A stretch of 64,000 bases of DNA, taken from positions 16,289-80,288 of the forward strand of contig CAZMQG010000004.1 in NCBI GenBank assembly GCA_964568625.1, given 5' to 3'. The stretch comes from an uncultured Pseudomonadota bacterium (GTDB taxonomy: Bacteria; Babelota; Babeliae; Babelales; RVW-14). The notes beneath the pieces were generated by a model. The model saw only the letters and a program-made list of their open reading frames with translations. It had not been told where the DNA came from and did no database searches. The position numbers were made by a program, and so were the translations under genes. Below are positions 9,201 through 17,982 of this stretch, piece by piece (positions within the stretch are counted from its first letter, which is position 1; each line of letters opens with the position of its first letter).

Positions 9201-10586
9201 ATGAAAGAGTTAAAAAAAATTATGTTTGCAACAATGCTTTTACTTGGTTGTAAATTTGTAATTGTATCGGCTTTTAGATTTGCATTAACAGCCAGACCTG
9301 TTTCAACCGTTAAAACGGCGCAGGATGTTTTGGGTAACTGGGTTTTATCACAACGTTGTTATTCCGACTATTCATTTGATAATATGCCAGACGGGATGAA
9401 TGAATTTTTCTTGCAAAGATTTAATAAAAGTTATTTGAAATATAAAGATAAATTGACAAGTTTAGTACCATTTTTAAGTGAGTGTACAAACGGTTATATT
9501 TCTGAAAATGGACAAATATCTGGATTTGAGATTGATGATGATTTTAGACAAAATTTTTCTACAATCTATCAGCTTATCGAAAATAATATGCCTAGATTTG
9601 TTTCATATCTGAAAGATCATAAATTTGATTCTACTCAAAGTGGTATAAAAGACCAGGATTCGGATGTAAATTTTGTTATTAATAAATATAGGTTTCTTGA
9701 TCGACTGTTCTTTTCTAATCCAAGTAAGTTTGTTGAGAAAGAACGATTATTTTCTTTTGCCAACCGCTGCTTTGAATACTGTTTTAATGTGTCGACATGG
9801 CCGGATTTTAAAAAATATCTTGATAATAATTCTGATCAACAATTAGTGAAATTTCTTTATTCAACAATGTGGTATCATCTTGTTGGTGAGGGATGGAAAG
9901 ATTGGAATAATCAGACGCTTATGCAGATTGCTGAAAAATCCCAAAAGGGAGCAAGGGTTGTTTATGTTGCGGGCGGTTTGGATATTTATCAACTTTTAAA
10001 GTATGGAATTTATAATATAGATATTATCGATCCAATGCTCCCATCTCTTGAAAAATATTATTCCTCAAAAAATTGGGAATGGCTTATAAAAGGCAACGGT
10101 AAAAATAATGGACTTGAGGATAAGATAACTTTTGATTTTGATGGACGAAAAATTAGTTTGGTGCGAAAAAAATACAGCAAAAACGGTGTGCTTGTTGTGC
10201 ATTTGACAGAAAAAGAAAAACGCAAAATTGAAAAATCTATTACCGATTGGATGATTGTAGACGAAAATAATAAATATTTGGGTTCGATTACATTTTATAG
10301 GCGATTTTGTGATCATGCGGATTTCATTACTCATTCAATTGATAAAAAAAGTGTAGACCAAAAGCAGGAAGAACGTTTGGTTTTAATGTCATTTAACGAG
10401 CTTTATTACGCATTTTTGCCAAAAGAAGCAGGTGGTTGGAATGTAAATATAAAACACCTGCCGGAAAATTTGAAAATCTATGTAAAACAGCTAAGAACGC
10501 CGGTTGATGTGGATGTTTTGAAAAATATTGCACAGGCGGAGGAGTCAAAATTTAAATTTATACGTTTGGGAAGTGATGCGGCATAA
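9201..10586 (+). CDS. Hypothetical protein, paralog B of the tandem pair, with N-terminal signal/anchor
   Basis: The ATG at 9201 follows AAAAGGGAG. The upstream extension in the ORF track runs through the GC-rich repeat and is probably not coding. Leader MKELKKIMFATMLLLGCKFVIVSAF. Motif VVYVAGGLDIYQLLKYGIYNIDIIDP. Confidence 0.7.
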   Translation: MKELKKIMFATMLLLGCKFVIVSAFRFALTARPVSTVKTAQDVLGNWVLSQRCYSDYSFDNMPDGMNEFFLQRFNKSYLKYKDKLTSLVPFLSECTNGYISENGQISGFEIDDDFRQNFSTIYQLIENNMPRFVSYLKDHKFDSTQSGIKDQDSDVNFVINKYRFLDRLFFSNPSKFVEKERLFSFANRCFEYCFNVSTWPDFKKYLDNNSDQQLVKFLYSTMWYHLVGEGWKDWNNQTLMQIAEKSQKGARVVYVAGGLDIYQLLKYGIYNIDIIDPMLPSLEKYYSSKNWEWLIKGNGKNNGLEDKITFDFDGRKISLVRKKYSKNGVLVVHLTEKEKRKIEKSITDWMIVDENNKYLGSITFYRRFCDHADFITHSIDKKSVDQKQEERLVLMSFNELYYAFLPKEAGGWNVNIKHLPENLKIYVKQLRTPVDVDVLKNIAQAEESKFKFIRLGSDAA

Positions 10587-10588
10587 GT

Positions 10589-11872
10589 TTATTGACGTTG
10601 AATAAATTGTGTTATGCCTTGGAATATTCCATTGGCAATTTTGTTACGATACTCTTTGTCTGATAATTGAGAGGCATCATTTTTATTTGTTATAAAGCCA
10701 ACTTCGACAAGTGCGGCAGGAATTGGGCTTCTAAGTAATACGCGAAATTTGTCGGCTTTTACGCCTCTGTCATTTATATACAGTTGTTGTGATTTTAAAA
10801 AATTAATTAATGATGATTGAATTGATTTTGCAAGAGTTTGTGAAAGTTGCGTGTTGGCTTGAATGTGTTCATCAATCAAAGTGATAAGAGATGGATCTTT
10901 TTTTAAATTTATGAATAAGAACCCTCCATGGCGTGTTGGAGAAACTAAATCAGAATTTTGAAGATAAAATGTTTCTATTCCATTGTGATGGGTTGAAGAA
11001 CTTTTTGTTGAATTTACATGTATTGAAACAAAAAGGTCAGCCTTGAGTTGTTCGGCAAGTGTAGATCTTTCAACTAAAGAGAGGTCACAGTCTTGGGTGC
11101 GAGTTAATAGTACATTATATTTATTCTCTTCAAGCATCTTTTTTGTGCGTTTGGCTATGTCAAGTGCAATGGTTTTTTCGATTAAGCCGTTCCCTTTTGC
11201 GCCATAATCTTTTCCTCCATGACCTGGATCAAGGACTATGCGTTGTGATTTTGAATTGTTAGACGTTATATCCGACTTTATTAAATCGTTTTTTGCAAAC
11301 AAAATAGATTCATTTTTGTTTTTTAGTTTATCCAAATCTTCTTGCGTGAAAATATCTATGATAAGTCTGTTTGGAGCCTCCATCTTATACCATTTGATTA
11401 GCAGTCTGTTTGGTTTTAGGATATAAGCATTTTCATCTTTGTTGTTCTTATCTTTTACCTGTTTTGTTTTTTCAAAATCTATATATAAAACGACCTTTGG
11501 GAATTTTTTATTTTTTTCTGCTACGGCTATATTTTTTATAATTCCATATTTTTTTAATTCACTTAATTTTGCTATTACCTGTTTTACGCTGAACTGTTCA
11601 AGTTGCATGCCGGGGAATATTAATCTTAGCTGAAAGTTTTCTTTGATTATTTTTTTTTCAAAATAAATTGGATTAGAAAAGTCGAACATTATTTGTGTTG
11701 ATACACCATGATATGTTTCTACCCAATTTAATCTGTTTATTGTTTCTTGCTGCAAAGATACGACTTGATCATCTATTGGTTGTCCAGCTGCGGGTTGCTC
11801 TGCTGTAAGATAATCCGTTTTCCAGCTTAAAAAGCAGGCTAACACTATTGAGATATAAAATATTTTCTTCAT
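10589..11872 (-). CDS. N-acetylmuramoyl-L-alanine amidase (Amidase_3 type, AmiC-like) with signal peptide
   Basis: VLDPGHGGKDYGAKG, LLTRTQDCDLSLVERSTLAEQLKADLFVSIHVNS, ALVEVGFITN. N-terminal signal peptide plus an AMIN-like region. Confidence 0.88.
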   Translation of the reverse strand: MKKIFYISIVLACFLSWKTDYLTAEQPAAGQPIDDQVVSLQQETINRLNWVETYHGVSTQIMFDFSNPIYFEKKIIKENFQLRLIFPGMQLEQFSVKQVIAKLSELKKYGIIKNIAVAEKNKKFPKVVLYIDFEKTKQVKDKNNKDENAYILKPNRLLIKWYKMEAPNRLIIDIFTQEDLDKLKNKNESILFAKNDLIKSDITSNNSKSQRIVLDPGHGGKDYGAKGNGLIEKTIALDIAKRTKKMLEENKYNVLLTRTQDCDLSLVERSTLAEQLKADLFVSIHVNSTKSSSTHHNGIETFYLQNSDLVSPTRHGGFLFINLKKDPSLITLIDEHIQANTQLSQTLAKSIQSSLINFLKSQQLYINDRGVKADKFRVLLRSPIPAALVEVGFITNKNDASQLSDKEYRNKIANGIFQGITQFIQRQ

Positions 11873-12109
11873 TTGGTCCCCTTCCTTTCATTTTCAAACT
11901 AGCAGTTTACAGATTACAAAATCAATTATCTAAAAAAAAAGGCATTTAAGCGCTGCGCTGTAATAAATAATTACTCTTAGAAATTATTTATTACGTTTAT
12001 CTGCTATACCAGTTTTTGGTAATGGGGGATAATTTATGTAAAATTAAAAATATTTGTTACAATATAAATCTCTTTCCTAGTTGCTTATATTATTAACTAT
12101 TTACTTGAG

Positions 12110-13069
12110 TTGCTAGATATGTTTATCGAAAATATGAAAATAAAACAAAATATTTCATTAAATGATAAAAATTGGTTTCAGACTGGTGGGGTTGCAAAGT
12201 ATTTTTGTGAGCCTACCACAGAGAAAGAATTTACCTTTGCTCTCGATTTTGCCAAACAAAATAAGCTTGAGATTTTTGTTTTGGGTCTGGGTGCCAATAT
12301 TTTAATAAGCGACGACGGATTTGATGGTTTGGTTATAAGACCTAAGTTGTGTAAAATTGAAGCTGATTACGAAAATGGTAAAGTTTCTGCCGGCGCAGGT
12401 GTTAAGATTCAAGATCTTATTGATTTTTGTATAGAAAATAGATTGGTAGGGCTTGAAGAATTTAGCCATATTCCCGGAACTGTCGGTGGGTCTGTGTATA
12501 TTAATATACATTACTTTGACTATTTTTTGGCCGATTTTCTTACAAGTGCCAGAGTGATTGAAAAAAGCTCCGGTAAAATTTTAGATGTTGAAAAATCTTG
12601 GTTTGAGTTTGGTTATGATAAATCAAAATTATTAAATGGCGATTACTTTTTAATCAGTGCGATCTTTAAATTAAAAAAGGGCTCTGAGTTCGATGCTGCT
12701 TATGCAAAAGGGCGTCGTGATGAAATTATTCGTCATCGTATGCGTCGTTACCCAAATTCAAATACTTGTGGAAGCTTTTTTAGAAATTTTCATGAAGACG
12801 AGGTTCCTTTTTTAATTAACGGCAAAAAGCTTGTGTTTGTAGGGTATTATCTTGACAAAATTGGCATTAAGGGCGAGTTGTCTGTCGGGAATGCAATCGT
12901 GTCTCACCAACATGCAAATATGATTGTGACCAAACCTGGGGCGACAAGTGCGGATGTCATTGAGCTTGCACGAAAAATGCAAGAATTGGTAAAAGAAAGA
13001 TATGGGATTACTCCAAGGAGTGAGTGTCAGTTGATTGGGTTTATAAAAGATCCGTTACTTTCTGAATAA
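12110..13069 (+). CDS. murB: UDP-N-acetylenolpyruvoylglucosamine reductase
   Basis: NWFQTGGVAKYFCEP, VLGLGANILISDDGFDGLVIR, PGTVGGSVYINI, CGSFFRN, HQHANMIV. The start may be the ATG at 12119. Confidence 0.9.
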   Translation: MLDMFIENMKIKQNISLNDKNWFQTGGVAKYFCEPTTEKEFTFALDFAKQNKLEIFVLGLGANILISDDGFDGLVIRPKLCKIEADYENGKVSAGAGVKIQDLIDFCIENRLVGLEEFSHIPGTVGGSVYINIHYFDYFLADFLTSARVIEKSSGKILDVEKSWFEFGYDKSKLLNGDYFLISAIFKLKKGSEFDAAYAKGRRDEIIRHRMRRYPNSNTCGSFFRNFHEDEVPFLINGKKLVFVGYYLDKIGIKGELSVGNAIVSHQHANMIVTKPGATSADVIELARKMQELVKERYGITPRSECQLIGFIKDPLLSE

Positions 13070-13212
13070 TGTTTGTAGATTTACATAGCATAAAAGTTTA
13101 AAAATATTTCGTTTTATTATTTTTCTTTACATTGATCAATTCCTTTAATATTTTAAATCACGGGTGTAATGCTGGTGGGTGTGGTGCTGGAGTTTAAAAA
13201 AGGAGTTCTATT

Positions 13213-14172
13213 ATGTTCAAAAAATATGCGCTGATTATCTGTACGGCATTTTTCATTTCAATACAAAGTCTTGGTTTATATTCACTTGATCTTTCTTGCA
13301 AATTAGAAGAACGTGATATTAGTACAACAGCACGAATTTTGCGTACTGCCGTTATAAATTGGCGTTGTGATGAAGTAGTCGGTATTTTAAATTTTTATAT
13401 GAAATATTTCCCAGGTAAATTACTTGAAATTTTATCTGATACCCAAACCAGTGCAGGGAATAAGACTATAATTTATGACCTAATATATTATCGTTTGCAG
13501 GCAATGGGAGAACATAAAGAAATTTTGGATACGCTTGTGTCAGCGGAGCACTTTTTTCGATGTGGAATAGACTCTGATGGTAAATTTTCCAAAGAATATA
13601 TTAATGAAAAAGAAATTACCGATAAAGATATTTTTGTGTTGGCACATATTTTACGTACAGCTGTTATAAGATGGTCTTACAGTGATGTGAGAGATATTAT
13701 TAATCTTTATAAAAAATGTTTTCCAAGTAAATTTACCGATATTTTATATGATTGTAGATCAAGTCTTCTTTGTAACAAAACGATTATTGAGGATTTATTT
13801 TGTTATCGGTTGCAATCGAATGGAAACCATAAAGAAATATTAAGAATGCTTATAGAAGCGTTCAGGCATTCATGTTCTTTTAGAAGTTTTTCTGTAGAGG
13901 AGGTAAATAGGCAAACAATTTCATGGATGCTTTTTAATAAGTTATTATATCGCTATCCCACCCTTGTTGATTGTACGGCATTTACAAATATATATACGAA
14001 TATGGAATATCTGTCTGACCTATTACAAGAATTTTTTGAACGTATAACTGAGCTTGGCGGTGGATATATTATAGACGCGTCTTTAAATAGCAGGGGGTGT
14101 ACTATTAGGCAGTGTATTTTACACCAATTGCCTTCAACTTTGGCTTTTAGATATGAGATAAAATGCAGTTAA
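13213..14172 (+). CDS. Hypothetical secreted protein with an internal duplication of about 120 aa
   Basis: AGGAG lies 7 nt upstream. Signal peptide MFKKYALIICTAFFISIQSLG. ARILRTAVINWRCDEV...NKTIIYDLIYYRLQAMGEHKEIL repeats as AHILRTAVIRWSYSDV...NKTIIEDLFCYRLQSNGNHKEIL. Confidence 0.65.
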   Translation: MFKKYALIICTAFFISIQSLGLYSLDLSCKLEERDISTTARILRTAVINWRCDEVVGILNFYMKYFPGKLLEILSDTQTSAGNKTIIYDLIYYRLQAMGEHKEILDTLVSAEHFFRCGIDSDGKFSKEYINEKEITDKDIFVLAHILRTAVIRWSYSDVRDIINLYKKCFPSKFTDILYDCRSSLLCNKTIIEDLFCYRLQSNGNHKEILRMLIEAFRHSCSFRSFSVEEVNRQTISWMLFNKLLYRYPTLVDCTAFTNIYTNMEYLSDLLQEFFERITELGGGYIIDASLNSRGCTIRQCILHQLPSTLAFRYEIKCS

Positions 14173-14193
14173 TTAAAACATAAAATTTTTACC

Positions 14194-14235
14194 AATAAAA
14201 ATAGCCGAGTATAAAAATACCCGGCTATTTTTATT
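14194..14235. terminator. Bidirectional terminator hairpin between convergent genes
   Basis: aataaaaatagccg / cggctatttttatt inverted repeat flanked by A/T runs, between stops at 14172 (+) and 14249 (-). Confidence 0.7.
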
Positions 14236-14248
14236 TTCTTATTTAGAT

Positions 14249-14743
14249 TTATTCTTCATTTATTTGTAATGTTATTTTATCTGTCTTCTCTTTTTTCCCT
14301 AATGGAAATTCTATTTTTAGCATACCGTTTTTATAGGTAGTCTCTATTTTTGTTGCATCTTTATAGTCTACATAACTAGGCAATGTAAAGGAGCGATTGA
14401 AGTATTTTTCTTCAATTGATTTGCTTCTGTGAATATAAATATTTTTTTCGTTCTTTTCTTCTTCTTTTTCTTCTATTTTACTCTCAGCTGTAATAGTTAA
14501 GATTCCACTTTTGTTATCAATTGTTACTTTAATATCTTTTTTTTCAAATCCTGCGAGTGCAACCTCAATAGTAAATTTTTGAGTTTTTTCATTTTTGTAC
14601 ATGTTTATATTATTGAATCGATCATTCATGAAGTTATCCATTGAATCGAGCTCTTTGAAAAAATCACGGCTGAATATGTGTGCTGATGAGTTGCCTGCAA
14701 TCAAAGAAATATATGCCAGAGCCAACAATTCTTTTTTGTTCAT
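14249..14743 (-). CDS. Hsp20/alpha-crystallin family small heat-shock protein with an apparent signal peptide
   Basis: Alpha-crystallin domain FTIEVALAGFEKKDIKVTIDNKSGILTITAE ... FNRSFTLPSYVDYKDATKIETTYKNGMLKIEFP. N-terminus MNKKELLALAYISLIAGNSSA looks Sec-like. Confidence 0.85.
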   Translation of the reverse strand: MNKKELLALAYISLIAGNSSAHIFSRDFFKELDSMDNFMNDRFNNINMYKNEKTQKFTIEVALAGFEKKDIKVTIDNKSGILTITAESKIEEKEEEKNEKNIYIHRSKSIEEKYFNRSFTLPSYVDYKDATKIETTYKNGMLKIEFPLGKKEKTDKITLQINEE

Positions 14744-15029
14744 ATAGTCTCCCTAGAAATTAAAGGATTAATGATGATTTTTACTCACACAATATATTTT
14801 TAACCAAAAAACTTAAAACTTGTCAATAATGTCTCTGTATGGGAATTTAAATTTTGGGATCCCATATATTTCCCTTTATAATTCATAATATATTGGTTAA
14901 AAATTTAAAACTATTTAGTATGGAATAGTAAAAATATATATTCATATTAGAAAAATTATATTTTATTAAACTGTGTTTGTGTTAATTATTAAGTAATAAG
15001 TGATTGTGATAATTATATGGGGAGGGAGC

Positions 15030-16136
15030 ATGAGATTTTTTAATTTTATTTTGATTTATACTGCTGCATTTTTTATTTTTTTCGATTTTAATTCTCTGAG
15101 TTGTATGAAAAAAGAAAAAGAAGCAGAAGATGCTGTAGCTGTTGATGTGGAGATGGGCGTGCCTACTGAGCATGCTACACAAGATCATGATATAACTCCT
15201 GTGCGAGTGACTGTGGATAAAAAAGCAGAGTCAGTTGGAGTTATGGTTGATTTGGGAAGAGAAAAATTTAATACGTTTAGATTACAACAATATTATCATC
15301 CAGAAACAAAAACACTGGATTTAAGTCATAAACCAATGGGAGATCAAGGATTGAGAGCAATTTTTGATCATATAAGGCATTTTATTAGTGAAAATGATAC
15401 CGAAATTCTACTTCTTGAGTCGATGAATCTAGTAGAAGTTCCATATTATTTGATAACATTTGCGTTGGTGGATAAACATTTAAGGGTTGTTTCGTTTCAA
15501 AATAATAGATTTAATATTCCCGGATTGCCTGTTTTGGAGGATGGGGCTGCAGCCGCCGCATCTACCACAGGGACATTTCGCCATTCGGTAAATATGGGAA
15601 AAAGGGAGAGCAAAAGAGCTTCAATACCTGTTTTTCAATCGGGACAAGATGCGTCGGGTCCTAGACTTGCAGGCAATGCTGGCACGGTTGTACAGATGGT
15701 TACAACTCTTTGGGAGAGTTTTTCACCGGAAATAGCGCGTGAGTTGGAGGCACAAAATTTGAGTAGTGAGGTTATACCTTTATTTAAAAAAATTATATTT
15801 ATTGACAAGCGAATTCCTCCTATAACTGTCTTTGACCAAACACAGACTGTGGTTTCGCAGCCATCAAAATGTCAAAAATTTAAATATGTTGTTGAACGTG
15901 CATTATATACAATTGCTGGAGGAGTGGTTGCTATTCTTCCTCAAATAATTACCCTTTTTACTAATAGTTCAAGTAGTGATAAATGTGATCAGGATATGTT
16001 GGAAAAAATGATAATGGCTTGTAATTCTAGCACAACATTCAGAGGGGATTTCAATACAAGCGGTTCCGACGTACAAGATAAAGACAAAGATTTAAAGGTA
16101 AAAGTAGCGGAGACTTGCAAGGTTGATGTAGCATAG
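15030..16136 (+). CDS. Hypothetical membrane/secreted protein with an RNI-type leucine-rich-repeat-like segment
   Basis: The ATG at 15030 follows GGAGGGAG. Leader MRFFNFILIYTAAFFIFFDF. TLDLSHKPMGDQGLRAIFDHI and LRVVSFQNNRFN resemble ribonuclease-inhibitor-type LRRs. C-terminal hydrophobic helix YTIAGGVVAILPQIITLF. Confidence 0.6.
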   Translation: MRFFNFILIYTAAFFIFFDFNSLSCMKKEKEAEDAVAVDVEMGVPTEHATQDHDITPVRVTVDKKAESVGVMVDLGREKFNTFRLQQYYHPETKTLDLSHKPMGDQGLRAIFDHIRHFISENDTEILLLESMNLVEVPYYLITFALVDKHLRVVSFQNNRFNIPGLPVLEDGAAAAASTTGTFRHSVNMGKRESKRASIPVFQSGQDASGPRLAGNAGTVVQMVTTLWESFSPEIARELEAQNLSSEVIPLFKKIIFIDKRIPPITVFDQTQTVVSQPSKCQKFKYVVERALYTIAGGVVAILPQIITLFTNSSSSDKCDQDMLEKMIMACNSSTTFRGDFNTSGSDVQDKDKDLKVKVAETCKVDVA

Positions 16137-16162
16137 TTTATCTTAAATTTGTAAAAAAAATG

Positions 16163-16192
16163 GCCCCGGATTTGAACAATCCGGGGCTTTTG
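16163..16192 (+). terminator. Rho-independent terminator
   Basis: gccccgga-tttgaacaa-tccggggc hairpin followed by ttttg, 27 nt after the stop at 16136. Confidence 0.8.
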
Positions 16193-16299
16193 CATTCTTG
16201 TATGCTTGCATGCTTGCATGATTCTTATTTTCCATTAAAATACATTCATGTATTTCAACCAAAGTAATGAATGTTGTCTTTGAATTATAGGAGAGAAGC

Positions 16300-17049
16300 G
16301 TGGATTACAAGGGTTATGAGTACGGTTTGAAACCTGAGCACTTCTGGATTAAATCGCATATAAATCTTAAGCAAGAATTGCTATCTTCAATTAATATTTC
16401 GGATCAAAAAAATAAAATTTCTAAAATTGGTACAAAAGATTTTAAAATACTTTCGATAGGGGCAGGAACCGGTGGAGACCTTGCAGTTTTAAAAAATTTT
16501 GGATCTATTTATGCATTTGATATCGATCAAAATGTAATTGATATGATTTCCGATGATATGGTTGTTGAAAAGCAGGTTGCAGATGCACAGTCAATTCCAT
16601 ATGAAGATAATAAGTTTGACATGGTTGTTGCATTTGAGGTTTTAGAACATATACAAAATGATAAAAAAGCTGTTGCAGAAATAAAGAGAGTTCTTAAACC
16701 CGGTGGATTTTTGGCTTTTTCCGTTCCGGCTTTTAATACACTTTTTGGGCCAAAAGATAAGGCTCATTTTCATATGAGACGTTATAATAAAAAAATGATT
16801 CGAAGTTTATTGCCGGATTTTAAAGAGCAGCGAATTGGTTACTGGATGTTCACGCTTTTTGCTCCGGCTGCAGTACAGAGAGTTTGGGAAAAGGCCGTTG
16901 TAAGTGAAAAAAATTATCATCCATATATTCCTGCAAAGCCTATAAATAAGTTATTTTACGGCATTCTTCAGGGTGAAAATTATTTGATACGTAAAGGCAT
17001 CAATTTCCCTTGGGGGCTAACGTTGTATGGAATTTATCAAAAAAATTAA
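16300..17049 (+). CDS. Class I SAM-dependent methyltransferase
   Basis: GTG start after AGGAGAGAAG. Motif I ILSIGAGTGGDL, acidic FDID, FDMVVAFEVLEHI, LKPGGFLAFSVP. Confidence 0.85.
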   Translation: MDYKGYEYGLKPEHFWIKSHINLKQELLSSINISDQKNKISKIGTKDFKILSIGAGTGGDLAVLKNFGSIYAFDIDQNVIDMISDDMVVEKQVADAQSIPYEDNKFDMVVAFEVLEHIQNDKKAVAEIKRVLKPGGFLAFSVPAFNTLFGPKDKAHFHMRRYNKKMIRSLLPDFKEQRIGYWMFTLFAPAAVQRVWEKAVVSEKNYHPYIPAKPINKLFYGILQGENYLIRKGINFPWGLTLYGIYQKN

Positions 17050-17071
17050 TCCAAAATAAAAATATGGGAGA

Positions 17072-17971
17072 GTGATTGTGAAGAGTGATAATTTGCCATG
17101 CAACGAGTTGCAACGCAATAATTTGCAGCGCAATAAGTTACCGGTGATGATACTGGCGGGTGGTTTTGGCACTCGGTTACGTGAAGAGACCGAATTTAGG
17201 CCAAAGCCAATGGTTCCAATTGGAGGTATGCCAATGTTGTGGCATATCATGAAAATTTACTCTCATTTTGGTTTTTATCGTTTTATCATCTGCTTGGGAT
17301 ATAAAGGTGAAATGATAAAAAATTATTTTCTAAATTTAAAACTTCATGGAATTGATTTTACCATTAATACAAAAAGTGGGACCATTGTTGAGCACTTTGC
17401 CAATGAAGAAGAGTGGGAAATTACTCTGGTTGATACCGGTCAGAATTGTATGACAGGTGGTAGAGTTGCGCGTGCTGCTAAGTATATTGATACGGACAGG
17501 TTTTTGTTAACTTACGGTGATGGACTTGCGAATATTAATATACTTAATCTTTTAAATTTTCATGAAGAACATGGTCGGCTTGCTACGTTGACCGGGGTTA
17601 ATCTCCCATCTCGATTTGGAAATTTAAAGTTGGATGGAAATCACGTAGAATCGTTTTTAGAGAAAAAACAGATTAGCGATGAATGGATTAACGGAGGGTT
17701 TTTTGTCTTAGAACGAGAATTCTTAAAATATCTTTCGATTAACCCAGATTGTGTTTTGGAGCAGACTCCATTATTTAGTGCTGCGCAGGACAGCCAATTA
17801 ATGGTTTATAAGCATGCGGGATTTTGGCAATGCATGGATACATTACGTGAACATGAACTGCTCGAAAAACTGTGGCAAACGGGTGCTCCTTGGAAAGTAT
17901 GGGAAGATAAAAAAGAGTCTTTTACTCCTGCAAAAATTGATCGTGAAAAAATTAGGCAAGCTTCAATTTAA
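17072..17971 (+). CDS. rfbF: Glucose-1-phosphate cytidylyltransferase
   Basis: VMILAGGFGTRLREETEFRPKPMVPIGGMPMLWHIMKIYSHFGFYRFIICLGYKG, TGGR, LTYGDGLANI. The true start is uncertain (GTG 17078 or ATG 17147). The N-terminal extension contains a 15-bp tandem duplication. Confidence 0.88.
   Translation: MIVKSDNLPCNELQRNNLQRNKLPVMILAGGFGTRLREETEFRPKPMVPIGGMPMLWHIMKIYSHFGFYRFIICLGYKGEMIKNYFLNLKLHGIDFTINTKSGTIVEHFANEEEWEITLVDTGQNCMTGGRVARAAKYIDTDRFLLTYGDGLANINILNLLNFHEEHGRLATLTGVNLPSRFGNLKLDGNHVESFLEKKQISDEWINGGFFVLEREFLKYLSINPDCVLEQTPLFSAAQDSQLMVYKHAGFWQCMDTLREHELLEKLWQTGAPWKVWEDKKESFTPAKIDREKIRQASI
17108..17137 (+). repeat. 15-bp tandem duplication (ttgcaRcgcaataaK x2)
   Basis: Read directly from the sequence. 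It encodes LQRNNLQRNK in the putative rfbF N-terminal extension. Confidence 0.9.
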
Positions 17972-17982
17972 GGGGTTTTGCA

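Noticed and set aside
11960-11994. 13-bp AT-only inverted repeat gtaataaataatt / aattatttattac in the amidase-murB divergent spacer.
   Set aside because: It is made purely of A/T and is expected by chance in this composition. There are no second copies or flanking motifs to support an operator.
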